The notes: generated by a model not told the origin, from the sequence alone. Numbered from the stretch's first letter, positions 19,859 through 32,026 are shown. The stretch is DNA of 64,000 nucleotides from Candidatus Heimdallarchaeota archaeon (GCA_019057375.1 DXJF01000011.1:64001-128000); one strand, 5' to 3'. Numbers and translations are program-made.

Positions 19859-20093
19859 ATTAATATTTTACGAAAGTCCTAGCGGAATCATTTGATTTTT
19901 AGGCTAGTAAAAACCCATTCTAAGCCTAGGTTGAAGAATGAATATAATTGGATTTGAGATCTATATACTACGAGTGAAATAACCCTTTTCTTCCTTCCAT
20001 TTGGATTTTAAAAGGGGCAGTCAAACATTATTAGAGACATACAAACAAAACATGATTATTAACAGAAATATAGAAGAAATTCAGAAGAGGAAA

Positions 20094-20198
20094 TTAAAGG
20101 AAGGACCCTTTGTGTAAGATTAAAGCTGTCATTGCTTTAGTTTTTTCCCTTTTGATTTGTTTTGCGATTGTCTCAAGAGTTTTTGCGTTCTTTTCCAT
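20094..20198 (-). CDS. 34-aa small ORF MEKNAKTLETIAKQIKREKTKAMTALILHKGSFL
   Basis: Translated by hand; SD-like aggataggtg upstream. Confidence 0.4.
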   Translation of the reverse strand: MEKNAKTLETIAKQIKREKTKAMTALILHKGSFL

Positions 20199-20299
20199 TT
20201 TTTGCACCTATCCTAACATAAGCTCTCCTTTTAAAATAGGTTAACCACAAGTTATGGTCACAAGTTGTGTCATAATCGCGAAAAAAATGATTGTAAAAA

Positions 20300-20335
20300 A
20301 TCTTACCACACAATTATAATTTTCTGTGGTAAGAT
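20300..20335. promoter_or_regulatory. operator-like inverted repeat atcttaccaca-N14-tgtggtaagat
   Basis: Perfect 11-bp arms between divergent small ORF and cupin gene. Confidence 0.5.
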
Positions 20336-20432
20336 ACATCTAATGACTTTTGGGGGGGTTAAATTCTGATTAACAAAACCCTCCTTTTCATCAATCCTTA
20401 TAAATCGCTACTTCACACAACATGCGTTTATC

Positions 20433-20768
20433 ATGAAAGAAGTATTTCCGGAAGCAATAAGAAAACTACCTGAAGCAGATATTCCCATACAAGGACTTAC
20501 AGCCTTTTTATCCCAAGATAAGAATCATCAAATTGTCTTTATGCATTTCAATCAAGATGTAGAAGTTCCCGCACACTCACATGGAGCTCAATGGGGAATT
20601 GTGCTAGAAGGGGAAATAGTATTAACAATAGAGGACAATGAACAAAAATATACTAAAGGAGATCGTTTCTATATTTTGGAAGGAGAGACACATTCCGCAG
20701 AAATACATGCAGGATATGCTAGCATGGAATTTTTTGCAGATAACGATAGATACAAAGCTAAGGAATAG
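20433..20768 (+). CDS. cupin domain protein
   Basis: PAHSHGAQWGIVLEGEI..GD...HSA cupin motifs. Confidence 0.85.
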   Translation: MKEVFPEAIRKLPEADIPIQGLTAFLSQDKNHQIVFMHFNQDVEVPAHSHGAQWGIVLEGEIVLTIEDNEQKYTKGDRFYILEGETHSAEIHAGYASMEFFADNDRYKAKE

Positions 20769-20780
20769 AGATAAATTAAT

Positions 20781-20855
20781 TTAAGCTGGTGACCAAAATG
20801 GTGGAGTTATGCTTTCGTCGCCATCTTCAGGATCGTATTTCGGTTCATTCATCAT
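20781..20855 (-). CDS. YDP/PPxWxP family peptide, copy C: MMNEPKYDPEDGDESITPPFWSPA (24 aa)
   Basis: Translated by hand; upstream ggggtgctttaatag...taacctttcctgagatgaac cassette. Confidence 0.85.
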   Translation of the reverse strand: MMNEPKYDPEDGDESITPPFWSPA

Positions 20856-21035
20856 GTTCATCTCAGGAAAGGTTATCATTTTAGTTAGACAAAGCTATTA
20901 AAGCACCCCAAAGAAAAGACTGACAGTTACAGCTATTTCTGATTGGAAGAGTTGGCTAATAGATAATTGGCTTGATGAGTTTGAAAGATTAAAACCTTAT
21001 TTTCTTAATTCAGAGCAATTATGACAACTAAAAAA

Positions 21036-21093
21036 CTCCAAGGAATACAAGAACCCCGAGAGAAAGATTCTACAGAAGTAGAGAAATAAGGGG
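21036..21093. repeat. copy of 16S 3' trailer / processing-stem arm (distal copy)
   Basis: ctccaaggaatacaagaaccccgagagaaagattctacagaagtagagaaataagggg, similar to 24680-24736 and 30208-30267. Confidence 0.9.
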
Positions 21094-21185
21094 TGAAAGA
21101 ACGAGTTTTATTAAATAGAAATTGTAAAAGTTGTTTCAAATGTTGTGCTTAGAAACAATTTTGAAGATTATATAAAATATCAAGG

Positions 21186-24100
21186 TTAATTTATGTTTTC
21201 AACATATTTTATTATTTCATGACTTATCATGTAACTTATTCTTTTTCCAATACCATCAATTAAATTTGACATAAAAATATCTCCTGCGTATGTATCCTCC
21301 ATAATCTCAAGAATCAAAGATGGATTTATATGGTGGAAGATATCCAATAGAATTTTTGGATTGTAATTGCTTTCTACATGGGTTGCTGCATATGTTAACC
21401 AAAGAACATCCTCTTTATTTCTGATTAATTGCACTAAATTTGGTATTAATTTTATAGCTATATCTTCTTCTAAGCCTGCAATTTCTAGAAAAGGATAAAC
21501 TACCGTATCAAATGAATAATCATAATTTAGTATAATTGATTCAGAATTAATTTTATCTATTAAAAATACAGTTAGATCTTTGTTAAATACACATAATCCT
21601 TTGATAAAATGAAACAAATCAACAATATTCCATTTATCTTCTAGCTTATTTTTAATAAAATCAGAATCAAGTATAGAATTTATATCTAAAAGAAGATCGT
21701 TTTTTGCAATATATCTCAGAGAATACAAAGTAACACCAATGTCATGAAGATCTTTTTCCGTTTTTATTTTTTCATAAAGAACATCCTTATCTAGTAATAC
21801 AAGTATTCGAGAAATTAAATCCTCAGAAAAAAGTGATGCACTACTCAAAAGACATTTAACACCAATTAAATCTTCAGAACAATTAACTTTTTCAACTAAA
21901 TTCTTAATATTTTTCTTGTTCAATACAAGATTAATTGAGTCTGTTTCACCTAAAAAATCTAAAATTATCTCTATCTGAGACAAGTTTGTTTCAGAGTCAA
22001 TTCTTTTCGTAAAATAATCAAAAATTCTTGTTTTTTTGATATTAAACTGTTTGTTTTTTCCTAAGTTATAATAAAAAAGTTTATTCATGAAATTAATAAG
22101 ATGAATAAAATCTTCATGCTCTATTGTTTTACTCAAAATGATAGATTTTCCAATGATTCCAGAGGCTATCTTAGCTAGATTATAATTTTGGTTGATTATA
22201 GTACTAAGAAAAGAAAACGAACTATCAGGCAATATCCAGTTTATTCTCTTCAAAATTTTTCTGATTTTAATTTTCCTAAGAAATATTCTTATATTTTTAT
22301 TACTCATTTGCCAAAATAAAGATTCAATACTTTGTACAAACATCTTGCAATCTATAACATTTTTGAATTTCTTAATAAGAATATTCAGATATTCTTTTTG
22401 GTACTTCGAAATGATGAATCTTTCATAAAGCATTGTTATAAAGTATAAATCTTCTTCGTACTTCATGCTTTCTAATAAATATTTCATAATCTCTCCGTCG
22501 CTAAGAAGATAATCAACAATACCTTTGGTATTATCATTCATAAGAAATTTCAAAATTTTAATTTTATAATCCTCATTTGAGTGAAGTATGTACTCTTTGA
22601 AGAGATTAAAATCATCCTCGTATCTTTCACCAAGTAAAAGTCGCAAATTATAGGAAATGCAATTTGAGAATTTTATTGCAGAATAATAGAGCTGTGCAAC
22701 AGATTGATGTGACAGAATATAAGTAATCTGAAAATAAGCACTACCAATGTGATGAATGTTGTGTTTTTCGTATAAATTCCAAACGTTTGATATATGGACT
22801 ATTTCTACTGGATAGTATAGCAAATGTTCAATTATTTCATGCTTTTCTAACAAATATTCAAGGATATGATTATGAATTTTTAAATTCTGAATTAGATAAT
22901 TTTTCTCAACCCTAATATTATGTTTGGAGAATACAGATAAAATAAATACACAATCATAAAATTGATCAAGCTCTTTATGATTAAAAACTTCATCTAGACT
23001 TTCAAGTATATATTGATAGATTTCCTCTTCATGAACTTCACATTTTTCATGATCTATTGAGTTTAGAGCAAATTCTAACAACCACAAATCTTGCCAATAC
23101 TTACTCAATTGAATTTGAAGTTTAGAAAAGTTATTATGATTTCGCAAATTAGAATCATTCGGTATATGTTTTTTTACGATTTCTTCAGCAATTTCTTCAG
23201 CTGTAATTTTTAATATGGGATTTCTCTCAAATTCAGAATTTCCTCTTATTTTGAATTCAATAAGTCTTGTTCCTGCAAGTACCAAGCTTTTTGAAGACGC
23301 ATTATGTAATTTACATATGTTATTAAAAGAATTGAGATTTTCATGAATATCATCAAGAATTATTAATGGTTCTTTTCTATCATATAGAAGTATTTTGCAA
23401 AGTTCTTCTATTTTTTCACGATTTTCTTCCTTAAAACTCAGATAATATACTGGTCGTTTTTTTGCCAATATAAAACCCACGTGCTTCAAGAATACAGATT
23501 TTCCTGATGCTGAATCACCTAAAACTATAGTTCTTTTCTGTTTTTCCAATTCTTGAATGCATTCTTTAAGTACTCTTCTTTCAACTATTTTTCCTTCCTC
23601 AAAATTTGACCAAACAGGTATTTTTTGTTTACTTTCAAAAACCTGATCTTTCCTTAAAACATGCTCAATCGAGTTTTTTTCTATTTCCAAATATATGTAT
23701 GAACTAGATCCCTTCTCTCTCAAGTAATCATGTATAATATGTTTCTTAATTGTCGTTCCTTTACAATAATTTTTAGAATTAATGTGACCAAGAAAGTATC
23801 TTATATTGCTTTTGTTTGTTTGATATCCATATTGTTCAGCAATTTCTATTATATGATCTTCTAGTGAATCAAGTTGGATACATTTGAATTCTACTTTTTT
23901 AATGAAATCTGATAGAATATCAACTGTTATTTTACTACCAAACATTTCAGAATAATTTTCCGGAATAATTTTACATATATCCGATAGTTCTTCTTTTGGT
24001 ATTATAATTTTTGAATCTGAAAAAAACTCATCTTTGATAGGTATATTACTATAAAAAACGAAAGTCTCAACTCCTTTTGAACGAACCAATAATTGAAGCA

Positions 24101-24323
24101 AAGGACCTCTTTTTCCTGAATAGAAAAGTTGTTTTGGAGTCCAGCTACTGCTGCTTTGGATACTTTTAGCTTCCCCAATGCAGATTTTTCTTCCGTTAGT
24201 ATAAAAAGAACTGTCTTCATAGTTTTTTTCTATAGAAAATTCATCATATTTGTTTGATAGAATATGGTATAGTGCAGTTAAAATTTGGTAATTAAATTTA
24301 TGTCCAAGATGCTCATCTATCAT
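21186..24323 (-). CDS. STAND/Avs-like protein: N-terminal PD-(D/E)xK-like nuclease, P-loop NTPase, helical C-terminal repeats
   Basis: YEDSS...IGEAKS; Walker A GDSASGKS; Walker B LIILDD; 1045 aa. Confidence 0.65.
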   Translation of the reverse strand: MIDEHLGHKFNYQILTALYHILSNKYDEFSIEKNYEDSSFYTNGRKICIGEAKSIQSSSSWTPKQLFYSGKRGPLLQLLVRSKGVETFVFYSNIPIKDEFFSDSKIIIPKEELSDICKIIPENYSEMFGSKITVDILSDFIKKVEFKCIQLDSLEDHIIEIAEQYGYQTNKSNIRYFLGHINSKNYCKGTTIKKHIIHDYLREKGSSSYIYLEIEKNSIEHVLRKDQVFESKQKIPVWSNFEEGKIVERRVLKECIQELEKQKRTIVLGDSASGKSVFLKHVGFILAKKRPVYYLSFKEENREKIEELCKILLYDRKEPLIILDDIHENLNSFNNICKLHNASSKSLVLAGTRLIEFKIRGNSEFERNPILKITAEEIAEEIVKKHIPNDSNLRNHNNFSKLQIQLSKYWQDLWLLEFALNSIDHEKCEVHEEEIYQYILESLDEVFNHKELDQFYDCVFILSVFSKHNIRVEKNYLIQNLKIHNHILEYLLEKHEIIEHLLYYPVEIVHISNVWNLYEKHNIHHIGSAYFQITYILSHQSVAQLYYSAIKFSNCISYNLRLLLGERYEDDFNLFKEYILHSNEDYKIKILKFLMNDNTKGIVDYLLSDGEIMKYLLESMKYEEDLYFITMLYERFIISKYQKEYLNILIKKFKNVIDCKMFVQSIESLFWQMSNKNIRIFLRKIKIRKILKRINWILPDSSFSFLSTIINQNYNLAKIASGIIGKSIILSKTIEHEDFIHLINFMNKLFYYNLGKNKQFNIKKTRIFDYFTKRIDSETNLSQIEIILDFLGETDSINLVLNKKNIKNLVEKVNCSEDLIGVKCLLSSASLFSEDLISRILVLLDKDVLYEKIKTEKDLHDIGVTLYSLRYIAKNDLLLDINSILDSDFIKNKLEDKWNIVDLFHFIKGLCVFNKDLTVFLIDKINSESIILNYDYSFDTVVYPFLEIAGLEEDIAIKLIPNLVQLIRNKEDVLWLTYAATHVESNYNPKILLDIFHHINPSLILEIMEDTYAGDIFMSNLIDGIGKRISYMISHEIIKYVENIN

Positions 24324-24679
24324 ACAAATATCATCTTTTTTGTTTATTTCAATAAAGTTTGAAATTAAATATCGAATTCAACTTAATCTATATGTTATTT
24401 TTTACAAAGCTACTTAAATGCTTTTTTTTCTATTGGTAAAGATGAAAAATTAATATTTATAGATAAATGGAAACCTTTTGAAGATTTTGAGAGAAATATG
24501 AATAAGTTGTTAGAAACTCTAGAAGTATTAATTTAAGATATCATATTGAGAGAAATATAAGTAAAACCTGAATAAGTTAATTATATAGATATATGGATGA
24601 ATGCTAATTTGTTGGAAGAATTTACTTCAATTAAACATTATTTTTACTAAAATAAATTTCAAACTATGAAGAATAAATA

Positions 24680-24786
24680 CCCCCAAATAATACAAGAACC
24701 CCGAGAATAAGATTCTACAGAAGTAGAGAATAAAGGGTTGGGGTTGGGAAGTCTTGAAAACTTCCGAACGTAGGAGGTGATCCATC
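24680..24786. repeat. copy of the last ~15 nt of 16S plus 3' trailer (att-like)
   Basis: 24767-24786 aacgtaggaggtgatccatc is identical to 30348-30367; the stem arm is also present. Confidence 0.9.
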
Positions 24787-24832
24787 AGCTTTGAATTAAA
24801 AATTCCTTGGGGTTTAACAATGCAAGTTTATA

Positions 24833-25144
24833 TTAAATATCAATGTAACAGTTCCTGATAAGAAAATGCTTGGTAGTTGAGGTAATATGGATTCCAAAGG
24901 AAGTGCTAGACGTAATATTGTAGTTCTCAATCAAGTAAGGATCTTCATATGTACCTGAACCTGGAAAAGCTAAGAAATCTTCATCTGAAGTAATCTCTAT
25001 AGGGTCATGGTTTGTAAGATAATTAGTGTTATTAGATTGGTTAGCTTTAGTTTCTCCGTCAACAGTAATTGTTACAGAAACTAAAAAACAAAGTAGGATA
25101 AGTGTTCTTCTACATCTAGGGGACATAGTATTCTCTAGATTCAC
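24833..25144 (-). pseudogene. truncated N-terminus of a secreted right-handed beta-helix (NosD-like) surface protein
   Basis: Signal peptide + HDPIEITSDEDF..FPGSGT..DPYLIENYNI; stops 46 bp before the repeat at 24786. Confidence 0.6.
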
Positions 25145-25237
25145 TTAATTATTCTATATAAACCAGCAAGAAATTATTCAATACATTTTGGTTTTACCAC
25201 GTTTTTAAGTCATTTTAATTATAATAACTCAGAAACA

Positions 25238-28200
25238 ATGAGAAACAGAATTTGGCTTTGTAAAATCCTCTTATTGGCTAGCATACTTTGTGGAGGCTTT
25301 CTTCTAATTAACAGTGAGGTTGAAGCTGAACCAGGATTAAGAGATGTGACAACCAATGCTTTATTACCTTATGATATTAATTTTGAATTTAACTTCTCTG
25401 GCAGTGAAGAAGTTTATAATTTGCATTCAAATCAAATTGAATTAGGAGAACTAAATAAACTCACACTTTCTTTCCGAGTAAACGGTATGAGCGGTTCTCC
25501 AGGATTAAAAATAGTGTTCATTTTCATGACTATTAAAGTTGGATTTGTTGTTGACCGAATTTTTAATGATGATACTTTACACAATTTAACTGAGACTTTT
25601 CTTTTTCCTCACAACTATTCAGGTAGTATGGATATTACTGTCATTTGTAGTGGTAGTTCAACTTCTACAAGAAATGGATTTCTTACCATATTTAATAGCA
25701 CTAAAATAGAACAAATGAATATTCCCACAATATCAGAGGATTCTTTTTCTCTTCCAACTTCCCAGGATTGGGTGATGTTCAAAGGTAATATATATTCTTG
25801 GAATAGAGGAGGAATTACATCTGCTTTTTACAATTACGATGAAATGGCACTAGTAAGTCTTAACATATCCTTCTCTTCAAATTATTTTCAGTCAATAGAA
25901 AATGTAGTTGAAATTTCTTTAAATGGTAATTTTGTTGCAGAAGATTATTTCATTGAAGATTTAAGTAATAATATTGATATTCAATTTCAACCTGAAATAG
26001 GTTTGAATCTCTTATCATTGAATTTCTCTGTTTCTTATTCCTTTAATCCAATTTATATTTCAAATATCTCTCTTTTTGGCTCTCTTTTTAATTATGAATC
26101 TAGCAGTTCTACTTCAGATTCATTTAGTTGGGAAAGTGGTTTTTTTTCCTACTCTTTTGATTTATCTACGTTAAAACCCCCTGGGTACTATTCAGAACAA
26201 GTTCTTCACTTAACAATCAATTACCAATGTTTCGGAATGAAAATCTCTTCAGGAATAAACTATTTTCTAAAAATAGGGACATCTATTCTCGAGGAAGGAA
26301 CCATAAGCTATCTCGAGCAAATGTATGAGAATAATAGTTTAAAGATCGAGACCTTTACTACGGAATATCACAACCCTCTTACGTTTAAAATTTTCGGCAC
26401 TTCGAATGGGGTGGGAGGACTTACTATTTTAAATTCAAGTACGATTGAAATATCTCACATAGGTGAGCTAACAAAACAACCTTTGAGTAGAACCATAGCA
26501 GATGAAAGAAGTGTTAATGGTCCTTCTCTTGCTGTTTCGCTTAGTTTTTATGATGTCTTTCAAACTTATAGGATTGCAGCTCCTGTACAATTAGCTGTTA
26601 ATTTTAATACAGTTTCTACTTATGAACATCCCTTTGATTTACTTACAGTAACAGTCAAAATTGATGGTGTAAGAGTAATATCAAAAAATGTTCATATTCT
26701 CGGTTTTGCAAATTTTAGTAAAGAATTTTCCTTAGAACATGGGTATCACGAAGTTAGAATAAATTTCCAATTTTCTGGCATTAATACTCCTCTCACAGTA
26801 GAACAATTGAAGTACCAACTAGCTTTACAAATTGAAGAAGAAATTACTGTCTCAACAGCACTCTCTTATGCTCGTCAATCAACATTCTATCTTCTAGCCT
26901 TTTACGCCCTCCTCTATGTCCTTCTAGATGTTAAAGAAATAAATCGAGAGAGAATCAAGGAAAAAGAAAGTTCTATTCGTGAAGATTCTATCGAAGATGC
27001 AAATGATGACTCTAGGAATTTATTACGTACGGCTCTCATGGTTGTTGTAAATATATCTATTAATTTGACTCCTTCTGTTTTCTTCTTGTTGCATGGAATT
27101 AATTACTGGTTTATTTTACCCTTAAGCTTCTTTGTAGCTTTACATTTCAGTATCAAAATTCTCTTTTCGAATTTTTCGAAAGATGCAATAGTTGGGTTTT
27201 GGAACAAAACAAGAGACTTCTTTAGAGATATCTATTCCCTCTCAGGCTTTCTTAATAAAGTTACAAGATCATTCGGAAAACTCTCTTTTAGAAGCTTAAC
27301 TAGATTATTGGTCTTCGCTATAGCTTTTCTGAGCTTTGGCTTATTGTTTTTCTTGGCAGATAATATTCCTTCAAATGCTGTCAAGGAAGTCTGGATTGTC
27401 TATGCTCTTTTGCTAGTTTGTATTGTTATATCCTCTCTTACTTTATTCTACACCCTTCATTTAGTTAGAGACATGGCTTTTATAGAGGACAATCTGAAAA
27501 GAATAAAGAGGTTAGGTTATGCTTCCATCACACTTGTTGCTGGTTTTCTATTTGTTCTTATCAGCATGTTAGGCACTAAACTCAGTCTTTCAAGCATCTG
27601 GGGTTTCCTTTCTCCAATCCTCCTTTTTGGTATTTTTCGTACAACAACTAAACTAGGAAAGATTTCTGCCAAAGAAGAAAAGCTCTCCTTTGACGATTTT
27701 CTGGATAAAGGAATGTTCTTCACTGATAAGAAGGAGATGCGAAAAGCTGTCAGTTTTGGTATCAATACTCGCTCTACTTGGGAAAAGAAAGGGTATGAAC
27801 TCCAGAAACATCAGATAAAAGGTGTTATCGCTTACGATTACAACCCTGGAGATAAGATCAATCTCTATGAACTGGCTGAGAAGATTAAACTCCCCTTTAA
27901 GAAAACAGAGGAACTTGTTCAGGAGATAGAAAAAGAAGTTCCTAGATTAGGAAAATATGACCCTCAATCTAAAATCTATACCAAGAGCAAAGAGAATATT
28001 ATAGAAGCTCAGGAAATTCAGGAAAAAATTGTTCCAGATAAATATGAAAATGAAGAAAAGAATGTAGAGATGAGTAAAATACCAACAAAGAATATTTCTA
28101 CAAAAGAAAGATTTCAGAAGCTGCTTGAAGAGGTAGTAGGAGAGAGTGACGAGGAGAAGAGGAGAACTCTAGAATATGTGAATCATTTGACAGCTAAAGA

Positions 28201-30181
28201 AGCGGAAGTATATCAAAAATTCTTGAAAAAGGGATTGGGAGACCAAGATATAGTCATAACTAATTCTGACAGAGAATTTTTACAAAGAGCATGGAAGAAG
28301 ATACATGTTCAAGAAGATATTTTTCAAAGAAACAGTTCTAGCAATTTGCTGAGGGAATATTATGATAAGATATCAGATGCTCACAACGGTTTTGATGATG
28401 TTGTGTTTGAGATAAAAAAAGAATTATTCAAAATATCCTTTTTGGAGTATAAAGTAGGTGATCGTGCAACTTACTATCCTTGGGAGTATATTCCTAAATT
28501 TGGATATCATTTGCTACGTAGAGAATTAAATGAAAAACAACTTCTTAAGTACATAGAAAAAAACCCAATAGTTGAATCTCTTTTTTCATCTCAATCAAAT
28601 TTGGGGAAAAAGAAAGTTCCTTTAATCATTAGAAAGCTATACTACGACAGAAACAGGCAGTATCATATCATTGGAAATGATTGGTTAGTCAAATTCATGA
28701 ATGGAGACTTTCAGAATGCTCTTTCTCATTTAGTCACTAAAGGTCTACTAACAAACAAACAGAAAAAGAGAATTACTGTGGGATTATCGGAATTTAACCA
28801 ATTGGTAGGTTTAGCTCAGAATGGACACACTTTTCGAGTTTTCGATAATACGAAAAAAATACAATTAGAATCTTGTGCAGAAATAACATTAGGTGGAAAA
28901 CAAATTATCTTATACCACGATTTCTTTTTACCTAAGTTTGAGATTAATCAAGAAAAAATCAGCATAAGTCTTCAAGGTTTTAATAAGATAACAACTTCTA
29001 AACACAATCAATTGAACCTGCTAATTAAGAAAGAATACTTCCTCAGAGACGATCAAGAGGACAAGATTCTTGTTCTCTATGCTAAACTTAAAAGAGAATT
29101 TCTTTTAGATTTGATAAAATCTAAATTAATGGACCATTTACAGGTTTTATATGATAAAAGATATATTTCTGGACTTGATACAATTACATCATCAGATTTT
29201 ATTCCGTCTATTGATAAATTAAAAAAGCAACCCACAAGACAGAGGGGTATAGTTTGGTTTTATGATGATATTCAAGTTTCACCTATTGATTTTCTTACTA
29301 ACAAAAAATTCAAAGAAATTCTACAGGAAAAAGATGAAGAATTGCTATTTTCTAAATTAGCTTCATTACTAAGTGACACTGAAACTTTTTTTGAAGACGA
29401 AGGTAGAAAGCAATTTTCTATAGCTTATGAAGCCTATAAGAATGGACATTTCGATTTCTTTCTTTTTAATCAAAGTGTTAATGAGATCTATAAACCTCCT
29501 ACTTACTCTTTTAGGCAAGGTAATATTCCTAAAACTGGTGTTATATTAGTTGACCACAACAATAGAATAATCAACTTAATTTCCCCCTCAAAAGCTGTTA
29601 GTATTCTACTAGAAGAGGGTGATATATTGCTTAACTTTCCTTTTAGATGGGATTCACACTATGGTTATTTTGCATTCACCCAAAAAGGAAATAGAATGAG
29701 TAATGTTGCCAAGTCTTGGTATGATTGGTTGATTAAGGCAAATCTTCCCATTCCTTCAGGTTCCAGTGGTAGAATTCCTGATATATCAGTAATTGCAATG
29801 TTACTAGAGTGGTGGACAAGGCAAGAAAATTTTGTTATCAATAGGATTCTTTCAAACCAAGTTTTTATTGAGAGTTGTAGGAAACACAAAATTGTGGTTG
29901 ATAAAGATTCTACAATGGTTATTGATTCAAAAAAGAATTCTTACAAACTTGCACGAGTTTCTGTTACTCAAACAGGAAATATTAGACATAAAGAAAATTG
30001 GAAATATTACGCGTTTTATAATGACAAAATACGCACAGTTATTGATGTTCTTAAAGCTGCAATTTTTGATTTAGTTTTACAGAAAGGCAATATTTCTTCC
30101 GCTCAAATACCTGATTTGAGAAATTGGTTGAAGATAAATTGGTTGGAAGAATTTGAAAAACTGAAAGAATATTTCTTTTGA
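25238..30181 (+). CDS. 1647-aa membrane protein; ectodomain paralogous to 12141-14858, TM bundle, winged-helix-like segment, large unassigned cytoplasmic tail
   Basis: Aligned by eye: ELGELNKLTLSF..PHNYSGSMDITVICSG vs ELQEYNSLTIFF..PQNFIGSMIIVISCEG; FSYSFDLSTLKP vs VDHSFDLSSLKP. Confidence 0.75.
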   Translation: MRNRIWLCKILLLASILCGGFLLINSEVEAEPGLRDVTTNALLPYDINFEFNFSGSEEVYNLHSNQIELGELNKLTLSFRVNGMSGSPGLKIVFIFMTIKVGFVVDRIFNDDTLHNLTETFLFPHNYSGSMDITVICSGSSTSTRNGFLTIFNSTKIEQMNIPTISEDSFSLPTSQDWVMFKGNIYSWNRGGITSAFYNYDEMALVSLNISFSSNYFQSIENVVEISLNGNFVAEDYFIEDLSNNIDIQFQPEIGLNLLSLNFSVSYSFNPIYISNISLFGSLFNYESSSSTSDSFSWESGFFSYSFDLSTLKPPGYYSEQVLHLTINYQCFGMKISSGINYFLKIGTSILEEGTISYLEQMYENNSLKIETFTTEYHNPLTFKIFGTSNGVGGLTILNSSTIEISHIGELTKQPLSRTIADERSVNGPSLAVSLSFYDVFQTYRIAAPVQLAVNFNTVSTYEHPFDLLTVTVKIDGVRVISKNVHILGFANFSKEFSLEHGYHEVRINFQFSGINTPLTVEQLKYQLALQIEEEITVSTALSYARQSTFYLLAFYALLYVLLDVKEINRERIKEKESSIREDSIEDANDDSRNLLRTALMVVVNISINLTPSVFFLLHGINYWFILPLSFFVALHFSIKILFSNFSKDAIVGFWNKTRDFFRDIYSLSGFLNKVTRSFGKLSFRSLTRLLVFAIAFLSFGLLFFLADNIPSNAVKEVWIVYALLLVCIVISSLTLFYTLHLVRDMAFIEDNLKRIKRLGYASITLVAGFLFVLISMLGTKLSLSSIWGFLSPILLFGIFRTTTKLGKISAKEEKLSFDDFLDKGMFFTDKKEMRKAVSFGINTRSTWEKKGYELQKHQIKGVIAYDYNPGDKINLYELAEKIKLPFKKTEELVQEIEKEVPRLGKYDPQSKIYTKSKENIIEAQEIQEKIVPDKYENEEKNVEMSKIPTKNISTKERFQKLLEEVVGESDEEKRRTLEYVNHLTAKEAEVYQKFLKKGLGDQDIVITNSDREFLQRAWKKIHVQEDIFQRNSSSNLLREYYDKISDAHNGFDDVVFEIKKELFKISFLEYKVGDRATYYPWEYIPKFGYHLLRRELNEKQLLKYIEKNPIVESLFSSQSNLGKKKVPLIIRKLYYDRNRQYHIIGNDWLVKFMNGDFQNALSHLVTKGLLTNKQKKRITVGLSEFNQLVGLAQNGHTFRVFDNTKKIQLESCAEITLGGKQIILYHDFFLPKFEINQEKISISLQGFNKITTSKHNQLNLLIKKEYFLRDDQEDKILVLYAKLKREFLLDLIKSKLMDHLQVLYDKRYISGLDTITSSDFIPSIDKLKKQPTRQRGIVWFYDDIQVSPIDFLTNKKFKEILQEKDEELLFSKLASLLSDTETFFEDEGRKQFSIAYEAYKNGHFDFFLFNQSVNEIYKPPTYSFRQGNIPKTGVILVDHNNRIINLISPSKAVSILLEEGDILLNFPFRWDSHYGYFAFTQKGNRMSNVAKSWYDWLIKANLPIPSGSSGRIPDISVIAMLLEWWTRQENFVINRILSNQVFIESCRKHKIVVDKDSTMVIDSKKNSYKLARVSVTQTGNIRHKENWKYYAFYNDKIRTVIDVLKAAIFDLVLQKGNISSAQIPDLRNWLKINWLEEFEKLKEYFF

Positions 30182-30207
30182 TATTCAATTTGGGTGAAAT
30201 AAAAAAG

Positions 30208-30265
30208 CCCCCAAAGAATACAAGAACCCCGAGAGAATGACACTACAGAAATAGAGAATATAAGG
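30208..30265 (-). promoter_or_regulatory. 16S processing-stem 3' arm (proximal trailer)
   Basis: Imperfect inverted repeat of 31965-32026. Confidence 0.8.
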
Positions 30266-30352
30266 GGACTTCTTTCGAAGCCAGAGTTGGTCATAACAAG
30301 GCCTAAAAACAGGCCCTGCATGATCAAGGAATCCTTGAAGGATTCCAAACGT

Positions 30353-31863
<1,511 letters not shown>

Positions 31864-31964
31864 CCTGATTCGATTATGATACGATCTATTTGCTATCTTC
31901 CATGAATTGAACTATTTTAGCGCACATACACGTACTAGTGTTTTTGTACATACTAAATTTTGTT

Positions 31965-32026
31965 CCTTAAAATTCTCTAAATTTCTGTAGCATCAGAACA
32001 TCTCGGAGTTCTTGTTTTCCTTGGAG
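31965..32026 (-). promoter_or_regulatory. 16S processing-stem 5' arm
   Basis: Complementary to trailer copies at 30208, 24680 and 21036. Confidence 0.8.
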
